From positions 45,818,001 to 45,882,000 of the forward strand of contig OZ024744.1 in NCBI GenBank assembly GCA_964016885.1: a DNA stretch of 64,000 bases, written 5' to 3'. The number at the start of each line of letters is the position of its first letter. Positions within the stretch are counted from its first letter, which is position 1. Both the position numbers and the translations under genes were made by a program. Origin of the DNA: Eledone cirrhosa. Lineage: Eukaryota. This document shows positions 13,020 to 27,729 of the stretch, in pieces. Below the pieces are notes generated by a model, which ran no database searches, was not told where the DNA came from, and was given only the letters and a program-made list of their open reading frames with translations.

Positions 13020-14171
13020 ATAATATAGATCAGTTTTATAAATAAATATTGACATACCGTTAAAGAATGCAACCATTACTGTTGGAAGCTCCCTGATAGT
13101 GGAGTTATAGCGTTAATTAATAGTATTGGATATTTTTAAAATAAGCCGTTGGGTTACGGAGAAATAGAAAGATAGAGAAATAGAAAGATAGAGAAGGAAA
13201 GAGAGAGAGATAGCAGAATAAACAGAGAGAGAAATATGGAGAGATAGAGGAGACGGAAAAAATGAGAGAGAACGAAAAACTCTAAGTCATATCTTGTTGA
13301 GTTAACTTAACAATTGAGATGAAATGAATAAATAAAAATTAAAAATGTTAATAATCCTGAATGGAATATCCATATATAATATGAGAAATTTAACCATTGT
13401 TTAAATATGATAAGATGTTTAGTTAATCAGTTAAATATTGAGATCAATATATGAAAATTGGGATCTATATATTAAGAAATCCATATATTATCAAAGATCT
13501 ATATATCACATAACACGTATACACACGCAAAAAATACGTACATATAAAAACTTATAAAAATACATATACATATCTAACTACGTATATAACATATACATAC
13601 AAAATATAAAGGATTCTTTAATTTAATTTAAGATATAGGAATCTTATAAAATATTAAATTGTTAAGATATTAAAGGAAATTTTATATTATACACACTTTA
13701 TGTTATTAAACAAAACTTTTTATATAAGTTTTATAAGATTACCCAATTTTTAATATATTGATCTCAATATTTAACTGATTAACTAAACATCTTATCATAT
13801 TTAAACAATGGTTAAATTTCTCATATTATATATGGATATTCCATTCAGGATTATTAACATTTCTAATTTTTATTTATTCATTTCATCTCAATTGTTAAGT
13901 TAACTCAACAAGATATGACTTAGAGTTTTTCGTTCTCTCTCATTTTTTCCGTCTCCTCTATCTCTCCATATTTCTCTCTCTGTTTATTTTGTTCTCTCTC
14001 TCTCTCTTTCCTTCTCTATCTTTCTATTTCTCCGTAACCCAACGGCTTATTTTAAAAATATCCAATACTATTAATTAACGCTATAACTCCACTATCAGGG
14101 AGCTTCCAACAGTAATGGTTGCATTCTTTAACGGTATGTCAATATTTATTTATAAAACTGATCTATATTAT

Positions 14172-14234
14172 ATTTTATCTGATGAAAGCACACCATAATT
14201 TAACTTGGTGTCCTTGAAATATGTATAATGAAAT
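14172..14234 (+). ncRNA. Type I hammerhead ribozyme
   Basis: attttat-CTGATGA-aagcacacca..tggtgtcctt-GAAA-tatgta-TA-atgaaat. Confidence 0.85.
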
Positions 14235-14362
14235 AAATATGGTTTTATAAATATAGTTTCCATTTGTTAATATCGTATTTTTACTCCAAATATTCGTTGA
14301 GTGCTTTATATCAGTTATAAAAATATTTGCTTGTTGTATCCCAACAATTTAAATAGAACTCT

Positions 14363-14399
<37 letters not shown>

Positions 14400-14726
14400 G
14401 AAAAGTATAGAAATTATTGTGAGCAAGATGCCAACAGTATTTCATAATATATAAGTGACTATAACGTCAAAATGGAATAATAGTTAACGTAAGATGTGGG
14501 AAAATAATTGAAACTCAATTCAAAAAGAATCAGGGCATAGATTCATCCACAGAATTTTGTGAAATCCAGGGAAAAATCAATAGAGCCATAACTCAGAATA
14601 AAATAGAGTTTAAAATACTCATCCTTCAATTTGGAAAAACTACAAATGCTCTGTATAGTCTTAAAAAGACTATTTCACGAAACTTTCAGTGGGGATGATC
14701 ACGGTTGGAATCGATCATTGTTTATA

Positions 14727-14758
<32 letters not shown>

Positions 14759-14783
14759 CAAGAAAATACATAAATATCTATAA

Positions 14784-14876
<93 letters not shown>

Positions 14877-15113
14877 TACACATATACACAACACACACAG
14901 AGAAATAAATATCTAAAAATACTCACCTTTTTATTTTTAGATATTTATTTCTGTGTGTGTGTTGTGTATATGTGTATATATGTATATATATATATATGTA
15001 TGTATACGTATATGTATATATAGTTATATATATATCTGTATGTATATGTATGTGTGTATATAATTGTATTTTTATATGTATCTGTTGTAATTGTGTGTAT
15101 ATATATATATATG

Positions 15114-15148
<35 letters not shown>

Positions 15149-15646
15149 TTATATGTGAGTGTGTATTTTTATTAAGGTGGTGACGTAACTTTTTGTAGAT
15201 ATGTGTGTGTGTATATGTGTATTTTTATATATTATGTTTGTGTGTATATATAATAGCCTCAGAAACGGCTTGAGCTCTGCCGTCGGTGTCATACTTTTTC
15301 CTATATGTATATATATATATATATATATGTACATGTATGTATGTGTATGCATATATGTGTGTATTTGTATGGTTGTGTGTGTGCGTGTGTGTATATATAT
15401 TATATATGTATATATATATGTGTATGTATATGCATAATTACATACAGAGTGATTTAATGCTTATTTTCATTGATTATTTGCTCCAGGAATTGTTGAGTTC
15501 TCTAAATCAGCTATAAACATTTATACCCTTATCTATTTATTTATTTATTAATTATTTGCCGTATTCCCAAGTATTTGTTTACCCCTATCATGGTTGCATT
15601 TTTTAAGGGCATGTTAATATTTATTTATAAAACTGATCTATATTAT

Positions 15647-15709
15647 ATTTTATCTGATGAAAGCACACCATAATTTAACTTGGTGTCCTTGAAATATGTA
15701 TAATGAAAT
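15647..15709 (+). ncRNA. Type I hammerhead ribozyme, third copy of the 14172 family, in pLTR fragment ~15590-15845
   Basis: Core and stems identical to 14172-14234. Confidence 0.85.
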
Positions 15710-15837
15710 AAATATGGTTTTATAAATATAGTTTCCAGTTGTTAATATCGTATTTTTACTCCAAATATTTGTTGAGTGCTTTATATCACTTGTAAAAATA
15801 TTTCCTTGTTGTATCCCAACAATTTAAATAGAACTTT

Positions 15838-15919
<82 letters not shown>

Positions 15920-16333
15920 ATAATGAGAGGTATACAAATATATGTGTATACATACATATACATGTATATATAAACATATATTTTTCACATACTTGTGAAA
16001 AATATATGTTTATATATACATGTATATGTATGTATACACATATATTTGTATACCTCTCATTATTGTCTCTAACTCCCTCACGGTAGAGTAACCACGGAAG
16101 TATAGTGACTGCTTTCAAGCAAACACTATATACACTTCTAGTTAACCTTACCACTCCTCTGTAGCCTATGTATCATATCAATATCTCCCTCCGCCTTCTG
16201 AGATATTTTCACTGCTACAAGGGATTAATCCCCTTTCTTGACCGGTGTATCACGTGATAGAGTCTGCCTCCGCCTTTCTGAGGTTTTCTCACATGCTACG
16301 GACGTATGTAGTTAGGGCTCTTCCCTGAGGTGC

Positions 16334-16424
16334 TCCCTTGATAAGCTGGCTTACCTCACAACAATGTTATATATCTATGATATAACATTCTTGCATAGTG
16401 ACCAGCGAAACTGTACAGTCGGGA
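16334..16424 (+). ncRNA. Decayed type I hammerhead with long stem II and palindromic stem III
   Basis: tccc-TTGATAA-gctgg..(aatgttatatc/gatataacatt hairpin)..ccagc-GAAA-ctgtacag-TC-ggga; two core substitutions. Confidence 0.6.
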
Positions 16425-16469
16425 CGAAAGGGAAAATAGGTCTATTGTATCTACTATTCCTTTTTATAG

Positions 16470-16505
<36 letters not shown>

Positions 16506-16534
16506 ATTATGTAATAAACAACATAAGGCAATTA

Positions 16535-16595
16535 TTCCATTTACCAGTGGTTTCTTAAAAGCAAAAGGTTTTGCTTTCAATCCTCAGAATGAAAA
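16535..16595 (-). ncRNA. Type I hammerhead ribozyme, left arm of palindrome 16502-16763
   Basis: Reverse complement of 16670-16729. Confidence 0.8.
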
Positions 16596-16669
16596 TCCTG
16601 GTTTGTTTATTGAATATGGATTCTAAAATAGGGTTTTTAGAATCCATATTAAATAAACAAACCAGGATT

Positions 16670-16729
16670 TTTCATTCTGAGGATTGAAAGCAAAAGCTTT
16701 TGCTTTTAAGAAACCACTGGTAAATGGAA
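16670..16729 (+). ncRNA. Type I hammerhead ribozyme
   Basis: tttcatt-CTGAGGA-ttgaaagcaaaa..ttttgcttttaa-GAAA-ccactgg-TA-aatggaa. Confidence 0.8.
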
Positions 16730-16832
16730 TAATTGCCTTATGTTGTTTATTACATAATAATAATAATTAAGCTCTGTTGCATACATAGAGCACTCTTTTT
16801 TCCTGGACTTTTCCGATGGAATTACTTCATTT

Positions 16833-16874
<42 letters not shown>

Positions 16875-17354
16875 GTGTGTGTGTGTGTATATATATATGT
16901 GTATATTATTTAAGAGTTAAACAAGGTTCAATGAATACATCTAAGAATGAGTTTTACACACATACATGTGTGTGTATGTATTTATATGTATGTATATATA
17001 TATATATGTGTGTGTATATATATATATATATATGTATGTATGCATGTGTATGTCTATGTGTATGTATATGTATGTGTATATGTATGTGTGTGTGCGTGTA
17101 TGTATTTATTTATATGTATGTATGTGTATGTGTAATTGTGTGTATTGATTACCACGTGTGTTTGTTCATTTATTTGTCTCCTGTATCGCTGTCAACTTTA
17201 TAATACTTTTTATTCTTATGTGACGGCCTATATGGTCGTCCATTATATTTTGTGTGTGTGTGCGTATGTAGGTGTGTGTACATATATCAATATTTGTGTG
17301 TGCGTATGTATGCGTGTATATATGTGTGTATGTATGTGTGCGTATGTACGTGTG

Positions 17355-17402
<48 letters not shown>

Positions 17403-17426
17403 CCTGGAGACTCGGCTGAGAATGAC

Positions 17427-17506
17427 CTCCCTGATGACGCAATGAAATTCTCAACGGTTCATTACGTAACTGTCTTTATCCCATTGCAGAAACTAATTAG
17501 TTGGAG
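17427..17506 (+). ncRNA. Candidate type I hammerhead in the 560-bp monomer (first of 26 copies; last at ~37652-37731)
   Basis: ctcc-CTGATGA-c gcaatg..37 nt..cattgc a-GAAA-ctaattag-TT-ggag. Predicted cleavage after GUU (17502). Confidence 0.65.
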
Positions 17507-19368
17507 TGAAAATTTAAGTAAGTAAGTTAATTTTTATTTTTTTTTTATTTTTTTTTTTAAATGTTCTTATTTTAAGTCTTTTATATTATTGTTCTGCATT
17601 CTCCTGCATCGAACCACCTAGGTACTATGACATAACCTGTGTATTTGCTGGCATTGGCGTACATCTGTGCGCTTATGTTAGTAGATATATTAAATTATCT
17701 ATATTTATCTCCAAATCACTGATTTGTCGAGCAAACCTGCCAAAACCACTTCTAAAAATTTTTTTGGGGGGTGTTAGTAGGCGCTTGTCATCTTACCACC
17801 CCATTCCTACTGACTAGCCTCTGTGTCACGTGATTGATTCTTTAGAATCGGCCATATGATCAGTGGCAGTGAGAATTTTCAGTAGCTGGAATCCAGTCCT
17901 CAATAGCTGTTCCATTTACCGAATTATTATTAGTTTTATATGAGTCGCCAGTGTCCGCGCATCGCCTGGAGACTCGGCTGAGAATGACCTCCCTGATGAC
18001 GCAATGAAATTCTCAACGGTTCATTACGTAACTGTCTTTATCCCATTGCAGAAACTAATTAGTTGGAGTGAAAATTTAAGTAAGTAAGTTAATTTTTTTT
18101 TTTTTTTTTTTTTTTTAAATGTTCTTATTTTACGTCTTTTATATTATTGTTCTGCATTCTCCTGCATCGAACCACCTAGGTACTATGACATAACCTGTGT
18201 ATTTGCTGGCATTGGCGTACATCTGTGCGCTTATGTTAGTAGATATATTAAATTATCTATATTTATCTCCAAATCACTGATTTGTCGAGCAAACCTGCCA
18301 AAACCACTTCTAAAAATTTTTTTGGGGGGTGTTAGTAGGCGCTTGTCATCTTACCACCCCATTCCTGCTGACTAGCCTCTGTGTCACGTGATTGATTCTT
18401 TAGAATCGGCCATATGATCAGTGGCAGTGAGAATTTTCAGTAGCTGGAATCCAGTCCTCGATAGCTGTTCCATTTACCGAATTATTATTATTTTTATATG
18501 AGTCGCCAGTGTCCGCGCATCGCCTGGAGACTCGGCTGAGAATGACCTCCCTGATGACGCAATGAAATTCTCAACGGTTCATTACGTAACTGTCTTTATC
18601 CCATTGCAGAAACTAATTAGTTGGAGTGAAAATTTAAGTAAGTAAGTTAATTTTTATTTTTTTTTTATTTTTTTTAAAAATGTTCTTATTTTACGTCTTT
18701 TATATTATTGTTCTGCATTCTCCTGCATCGAACCACCTAGGTACTATGACATAACCTGTGTATTTGCTGGCATTGGCGTACATCTGTGCGCTTATGTTAG
18801 TAGATATATTAAATTATCTATATTTATCTCCAAATCACTGATTTGTCGAGCAAACCTGCCAAAACCACTTCTAAAAATTTTTTTTGAGGGTGTTAGTAGG
18901 CGCTTGTCATCTTACCACCCCATTCCTACTGACTAGCCTCTGTGTCACGTGATTGATTCTTTAGAATCGGCCATATGATCAGTGGCAGTGAGAATTTTCA
19001 GTAGCTGGAATCCAGTCCTCAATAGCTGTTCCATTTACCGAATTATTATTAGTTTTATATGAGTCGCCAGTGTCCGCGCATCGCCTGGAGACACGGCTGA
19101 GAATGACCTCCCTGATGACGCAATGAAATTCTCAACGGTTCATTACGTAACTGTCTTTATCCCATTGCAGAAACTAATTAGTTGGAGTGAAAATTTAAGT
19201 AAGTTAATTTTTTTTTTTTTTCTTTTTAAATGTTCTTATTTTACGTCTTTTATATTATTGTTCTGCATTCTCCTGCATCGAACCACCTAGGTACTATGAC
19301 ATAACCTGTGTATTTGCTGGCATTGGCGTACATCTGTGCGCTTATGTTAGTAGATATATTAAATTATC

Positions 19369-19444
<76 letters not shown>

Positions 19445-19779
19445 TATGTATACATATATATATATATGTATACATATATATATATACATGTGTGTGTGTG
19501 TTTGTGTATTTGTGCGTATGTGTATGTATGGATATGTGGATATAGATGTGTGTATGTATGTATATGTATATGTATTTGTACGTGTATGTATGTGTGTATG
19601 TATGAATGTATATATATGTATATATATATATACATGTGTGTGTACATGTGTGTGTATGTATATGTGTGTGTGTGTGCATGCGTGTTTATTTTTCCTTTCC
19701 TTCTTCCTTTTCTAGCCTCACTTTCATATAGATTATATTTTTGTATTTAAAATCAACTGTCAATAAATACACCAGATTT

Positions 19780-19840
19780 TTTCTCTCTGATGACTGAAAG
19801 CAAATTGTGTTTGCTTTCAAGAAACCACAGGTAAATGAAA
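19780..19840 (+). ncRNA. Spacer-block hammerhead of the 16670 family with weakened stem I (8 copies, one per spacer, last ~38370)
   Basis: tttctct-CTGATGA-ctgaaagcaaa ttgtg tttgctttcaa-GAAA-ccacagg-TA-aatgaaa. Confidence 0.55.
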
Positions 19841-20464
19841 TAATTATCTTATGTTGTTTATTACATAACTAATAAGCTCTGTAACCTACATATAGCACTC
19901 TTTTTCCAGGACTTTTCCGATGGAATTACTTCATTTACACATATATATATATATATATATATAAATGTGTGTGTGTGTATATATATATGTGTATATTATT
20001 TAAGAGTTAAACAAGGTTCAATGAATACATCTAAGAATGAGTTTTACACACATACATGTGTATGTATGTATTTATATGTATGTGTGTGTGTATATGTATA
20101 TATATATATATATGTGTGTGTATATATATATATATATATGTATGTATGCATGTGTATGTCTATGTGTATGTATATGTATGTGTATATGTATGTGTGTGTG
20201 TGTGTATGTATGTATTTATTTATATGTATGTATGTGTATGTGTAATTGTGTGTATTGATTACCACGTGTGTTTGTTCATTTATTTGTCTCCTGTATCGCT
20301 GTCAACTTTATAATACTTTTTATTCTTATGTGACGGCCTATATGGTCGTCCATTATATTTTGTGTGTGTGTGCGTATGTAGGTGTGTGTACATATATCAA
20401 TATTTGTGTGTGCGTATGTATGCGTGTATATATGTGTGTATGTATGTGTGCGTATGTACGTGTG

Positions 20465-20558
<94 letters not shown>

Positions 20559-21960
20559 CCTGGAGACTCGGCTGAGAATGACCTCCCTGATGACGCAATG
20601 AAATTCTCAACGGTTCATTACGTAACTGTCTTTATCCCATTGCAGAAACTAATTAGTTGGAGTGAAAATTTAAGTAAGTAAGTTAATTTTTATTTTTTTT
20701 TAATTATTTTTAAAAATGTTCTTATTTAACGTCTTTTATATTATTGTTCTGCATTCTCCTGCATCGAACCACCTAGGTACTATGACATAACCTGTGTATT
20801 TGCTGGCATTGGCGTACATCTGTGCGCTTATGTTAGTAGATATATTAAATTATCTATATTTATCTCCAAATCACTGATTTGTCGAGCAAACCTGTCAAAA
20901 CCACTTCTAAAAATTTTTTTGGGGGGTGTTAGTAGGCGCTTGTCATCTTACCACCCCATTCCTACTGACTAGCCTCTGTGTCACGTGATTGATTCTTTAG
21001 AATCGGCCATATGATCAGTGGCAGTGAGAATTTTCAGTAGCTGGAATCCAGTCCTCAATAGCTGTTCCATTTACCGAATTATTATTAGTTTTATATGAGT
21101 CGCCAGTGTCCGCGCATCGCCTGGAGACTCGGCTGAGAATGACCTCCCTGATGACGCAATGAAATTCTCAACGGTTCATTACGTAACTGTCTTTATCCCA
21201 TTGCAGAAACTAATTAGTTGGAGTGAAAATTTAAGTAAGTAAGTTAATTTTTTTTTTTTTTTTTTTTTTTTAAAGTTCTTATTTTACGTCTTTTATATTA
21301 TTGTTCTGCATTCTCCTGCATCGAACCACCTAGGTACTATGACATAACCTGTGTATTTGCTGGCATTGGCGTACATCTGTGCGCTTATGTTAGTAGATAT
21401 ATTAAATTATCTATATTTATCTCCAAATCACTGATTTGTCGAGCAAACCTGCCAAAACCACTTCTAAAAATTTTTTTTGAGGGTGTTAGTAGGCGCTTGT
21501 CATCTTACCACCCCATTCCTACTGACTAGCCTCTGTGTCACGTGATTGATTCTTTAGAATCGGCCATATGATCAGTGGCAGTGAGAATTTTCAGTAGCTG
21601 GAATCCAGTCCTCAATAGCTGTTCCATTTACCGAATTATTATTAGTTTTATATGAGTCGCCAGTGTCCGCGCATCGCCTGGAGACACGGCTGAGAATGAC
21701 CTCCCTGATGACGCAATGAAATTCTCAACGGTTCATTACGTAACTGTCTTTATCCCATTGCAGAAACTAATTAGTTGGAGTGAAAATTTAAGTAAGTTAA
21801 TTTTTTTTTTTTTTCTTTTTAAATGTTCTTATTTTACGTCTTTTATATTATTGTTCTGCATTCTCCTGCATCGAACCACCTAGGTACTATGACATAACCT
21901 GTGTATTTGCTGGCATTGGCGTACATCTGTGCGCTTATGTTAGTAGATATATTAAATTAT

Positions 21961-22038
<78 letters not shown>

Positions 22039-23058
22039 TATGTATACATATATATATATATGTATACATATATATATATACATGTGTGTGTGTGTTTGTG
22101 TATTTGTGCGTATGTGTATGTATGGATATGTGGATATAGATGTGTGTATGTATGTATATGTATATGTATTTGTACGTGTATGTATGTGTGTATGTATGAA
22201 TGTATATATATGTATATATATATATACATGTGTGTGTACATGTGTGTGTATGTATATGTGTGTGTGTGTGCATGCGTGTTTATTTTTCCTTTCCTTCTTC
22301 CTTTTCTAGCCTCACTTTCATATAGATTATATTTTTGTATTTAAAATCAACTGTCAATAAATACACCAGATTTTTTCTCTCTGATGACTGAAAGCAAATT
22401 GTGTTTGCTTTCAAGAAACCACAGGTAAATGAAATAATTATCTTATGTTGTTTATTACATAACTAATAAGCTCTGTAACCTACATATAGCACTCTTTTTC
22501 CAGGACTTTTCCGATGGAATTACTTCATTTACACATATATATATATATATATATATAAATGTGTGTGTGTGTATATATATATGTGTATATTATTTAAGAG
22601 TTAAACAAGGTTCAATGAATACATCTAAGAATGAGTTTTACACACATACATGTGTATGTATGTATTTATATGTATGTGTGTGTGTATATGTATATATATA
22701 TATATATGTGTGTGTATATATATATATATATATGTATGTATGCATGTGTATGTCTATGTGTATGTATATGTATGTGTATATGTATGTGTGTGTGTGTGTA
22801 TGTATGTATTTATTTATATGTATGTATGTGTATGTGTAATTGTGTGTATTGATTACCACGTGTGTTTGTTCATTTATTTGTCTCCTGTATCGCTGTCAAC
22901 TTTATAATACTTTTTATTCTTATGTGACGGCCTATATGGTCGTCCATTATATTTTGTGTGTGTGTGCGTATGTAGGTGTGTGTACATATATCAATATTTG
23001 TGTGTGCGTATGTATGCGTGTATATATGTGTGTATGTATGTGTGCGTATGTACGTGTG

Positions 23059-23118
<60 letters not shown>

Positions 23119-24522
23119 CCTGGAGACTCGGCTGAGAATGACCTCCCTGATGACGCAATGAAATTCTCAACGGTTCATTACGTAACTGTCTTTATCCCAT
23201 TGCAGAAACTAATTAGTTGGAGTGAAAATTTAAGTAAGTAAGTTAATTTTTATTTTTTTTTAATTATTTTTAAAAATGTTCTTATTTAACGTCTTTTATA
23301 TTATTGTTCTGCATTCTCCTGCATCGAACCACCTAGGTACTATGACATAACCTGTGTATTTGCTGGCATTGGCGTACATCTGTGCGCTTATGTTAGTAGA
23401 TATATTAAATTATCTATATTTATCTCCAAATCACTGATTTGTCGAGCAAACCTGTCAAAACCACTTCTAAAAATTTTTTTGGGGGGTGTTAGTAGGCGCT
23501 TGTCATCTTACCACCCCATTCCTACTGACTAGCCTCTGTGTCACGTGATTGATTCTTTAGAATCGGCCATATGATCAGTGGCAGTGAGAATTTTCAGTAG
23601 CTGGAATCCAGTCCTCAATAGCTGTTCCATTTACCGAATTATTATTAGTTTTATATGAGTCGCCAGTGTCCGCGCATCGCCTGGAGACTCGGCTGAGAAT
23701 GACCTCCCTGATGACGCAATGAAATTCTCAACGGTTCATTACGTAACTGTCTTTATCCCATTGCAGAAACTAATTAGTTGGAGTGAAAATTTAAGTAAGT
23801 AAGTTAATTTTTTTTTTTTTTTTTTTTTTTTTAAAGTTCTTATTTTACGTCTTTTATATTATTGTTCTGCATTCTCCTGCATCGAACCACCTAGGTACTA
23901 TGACATAACCTGTGTATTTGCTGGCATTGGCGTACATCTGTGCGCTTATGTTAGTAGATATATTAAATTATCTATATTTATCTCCAAATCACTGATTTGT
24001 CGACCAAACCTGCCAAAACCACTTCTAAAAATTTTTTTTGAGGGTGTTAGTAGGCGCTTGTCATCTTACCACCCCATTCCTACTGACTAGCCTCTGTGTC
24101 ACGTGATTGATTCTTTAGAATCGGCCATATGATCAGTGGCAGTGAGAATTTTCAGTAGCTGGAATCCAGTCCCCGATAGCTGTTCCATTTACCGAATTAT
24201 TTTTATTTTTATATGAGTCGCCAGTGTCCGCGCATCGCCTGGAGACTCGGCTGAGAATGACCTCCCTGATGACGCAATGAAATTCTCAACGGTTCATTAC
24301 GTAACTGTCTTTATCCCATTGCAGAAACTAATTAGTTGGAGTGAAAATTTAAGTAAGTAAGTTAATTTTTTTTTTTTTTTTTTAAATGTTCTTAATTTAC
24401 GTCTTTTATATTATTGTTCTGCATTCTCCTGCATCGAACCACCTAGGTACTATGACATAACCTGTGTATTTGCTGGCATTGGCGTACATCTGTGCGCTTA
24501 TGTTAGTAGATATATTAAATTA

Positions 24523-24584
<62 letters not shown>

Positions 24585-25626
24585 AATATATATATATATG
24601 TATACATGTATACATATATATATATATGTATACATATATATACATGTGTGTGTGTGTTTGTGTATTTGTGCGTATGTGTATGTATGGATATGTGGATATA
24701 GATGTGTGTATGTATGTATATGTATATGTATTTGTACGTGTATGTATGTGTGTATGTATGAATGTATATATATGTATATATATATATACATGTGTGTGTA
24801 CATGTGTGTGTATGTATATGTGTGTGTGTGTGCATGCGTGTTTATTTTTCCTTTCCTTCTTCCTTTTCTAGCCTCACTTTCATATAGATTATATTTTTGT
24901 ATTTAAAATCAACTGTCATTAAATACACCAGATTTTTTCTCTCTGATGACTGAAAGCAAATTGTGTTTGCTTTCAAGAAACCACAGGTAAATGAAATAAT
25001 TATCTTATGTTGTTTATTACATAACTAATAAGCTCTGTAACCTACATATAGCACTCTTTTTCCAGGACTTTTCCGATGGAATTACTTCATTTACACATAT
25101 ATATATATATATATATATAAATGTCTGTGTGTGTGTGTGTATATATATATGTGTATATTATTTAAGAGTTAAACAAGGTTCAATGAATACATCTAAGAAT
25201 GAGTTTTACACACATACATGTGTGTGTATGTATTTATATGTATGTGTGTGTGTATATGTATATATATATATATGTGTGTGTATATATATATATATATATA
25301 TGTATGTATGCATGTGTATGTCTATGTGTATGTATATGTATGTGTATATGTATGTGTGTGTGTGTGTATGTATGTATTTATTTATATGTATGTATGTGTA
25401 TGTGTAATTGTGTGTATTGATTACCACGTGTGTTTGTTCATTTATTTGTCTCCTGTATCGCTGTCAACTTTATAATACTTTTTATTCTTATGTGACGGCC
25501 TATATGGTCGTCCATTATATTTTGTGTGTGTGTGCGTATGTAGGTGTGTGTACATATATCAATATTTGTGTGTGCGTATGTATGCGTGTATATATGTGTG
25601 TATGTATGTGTGCGTATGTACGTGTG

Positions 25627-25704
<78 letters not shown>

Positions 25705-26547
25705 CCTGGAGACTCGGCTGAGAATGACCTCCCTGATGACGCAATGAAATTCTCAACGGTTCATTACGTAACTGTCTTTATCCCATTGCAGAAACTAATT
25801 AGTTGGAGTGAAAATTTAAGTAAGTAAGTTAATTTTTTTTTTTTTTTTTTTTTTTTTAAAGTTCTTATTTTACGTCTTTTATATTATTGTTCTGCATTCT
25901 CCTGCATCGAACCACCTAGGTACTATGACATAACCTGTGTATTTGCTGGCATTGGCGTACATCTGTGCGCTTATGTTAGTAGATATATTAAATTATCTAT
26001 ATTTATCTCCAAATCACTGATTTGTCGACCAAACCTGCCAAAACCACTTCTAAAAATTTTTTTTGAGGGTGTTAGTAGGCGCTTGTCATCTTACCACCCC
26101 ATTCCTACTGACTAGCCTCTGTGTCACGTGATTGATTCTTTAGAATCGGCCATATGATCAGTGGCAGTGAGAATTTTCAGTAGCTGGAATCCAGTCCCCG
26201 ATAGCTGTTCCATTTACCGAATTATTTTTATTTTTATATGAGTCGCCAGTGTCCGCGCATCGCCTGGAGACTCGGCTGAGAATGACCTCCCTGATGACGC
26301 AATGAAATTCTCAACGGTTCATTACGTAACTGTCTTTATCCCATTGCAGAAACTAATTAGTTGGAGTGAAAATTTAAGTAAGTAAGTTAATTTTTTTTTT
26401 TTTTTTTTAAATGTTCTTAATTTACGTCTTTTATATTATTGTTCTGCATTCTCCTGCATCGAACCACCTAGGTACTATGACATAACCTGTGTATTTGCTG
26501 GCATTGGCGTACATCTGTGCGCTTATGTTAGTAGATATATTAAATTA

Positions 26548-26609
<62 letters not shown>

Positions 26610-27651
26610 AATATATATATATATGTATACATGTATACATATATATATATATGTATACATATATATACATGTGTGTGTGTGTTTGTGTATTTGTGCGTAT
26701 GTGTATGTATGGATATGTGGATATAGATGTGTGTATGTATGTATATGTATATGTATTTGTACGTGTATGTATGTGTGTATGTATGAATGTATATATATGT
26801 ATATATATATATACATGTGTGTGTACATGTGTGTGTATGTATATGTGTGTGTGTGTGCATGCGTGTTTATTTTTCCTTTCCTTCTTCCTTTTCTAGCCTC
26901 ACTTTCATATAGATTATATTTTTGTATTTAAAATCAACTGTCATTAAATACACCAGATTTTTTCTCTCTGATGACTGAAAGCAAATTGTGTTTGCTTTCA
27001 AGAAACCACAGGTAAATGAAATAATTATCTTATGTTGTTTATTACATAACTAATAAGCTCTGTAACCTACATATAGCACTCTTTTTCCAGGACTTTTCCG
27101 ATGGAATTACTTCATTTACACATATATATATATATATATATATAAATGTCTGTGTGTGTGTGTGTATATATATATGTGTATATTATTTAAGAGTTAAACA
27201 AGGTTCAATGAATACATCTAAGAATGAGTTTTACACACATACATGTGTGTGTATGTATTTATATGTATGTGTGTGTGTATATGTATATATATATATATGT
27301 GTGTGTATATATATATATATATATATGTATGTATGCATGTGTATGTCTATGTGTATGTATATGTATGTGTATATGTATGTGTGTGTGTGTGTATGTATGT
27401 ATTTATTTATATGTATGTATGTGTATGTGTAATTGTGTGTATTGATTACCACGTGTGTTTGTTCATTTATTTGTCTCCTGTATCGCTGTCAACTTTATAA
27501 TACTTTTTATTCTTATGTGACGGCCTATATGGTCGTCCATTATATTTTGTGTGTGTGTGCGTATGTAGGTGTGTGTACATATATCAATATTTGTGTGTGC
27601 GTATGTATGCGTGTATATATGTGTGTATGTATGTGTGCGTATGTACGTGTG

Positions 27652-27729
<78 letters not shown>

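Larger units (their letters stand above)
12914..14278. repeat. Large inverted repeat (~540-bp arms, ~300-bp spacer): inverted PLE pseudo-LTRs
   Basis: 12914-13452 is the reverse complement of ~13753-14278; each arm carries an HHR. Confidence 0.92.

Noticed and set aside
14650-14697. Minus-strand HHR-like string CTGAAAG..GAAA-TAGTC..GACTA-TA
   Set aside because: The core deviates and stems I and II do not pair; at most a relic.
17431-17455. Minimal HHR using the nearer GAAA (CTGATGA-CGCAAT-GAAA)
   Set aside because: It gives no stem II pair, G at position 17 and no stem I. The distal GAAA at 17489 gives a complete fold.
17855-18070. Monomer as an snRNA/snoRNA gene array (CAGTGGCAGT resembles U4; TGATGA resembles box C)
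   Set aside because: The similarity is only ~10 nt, with no further U4 match, Sm-site context or box D terminal stem. An Rfam scan would settle it.
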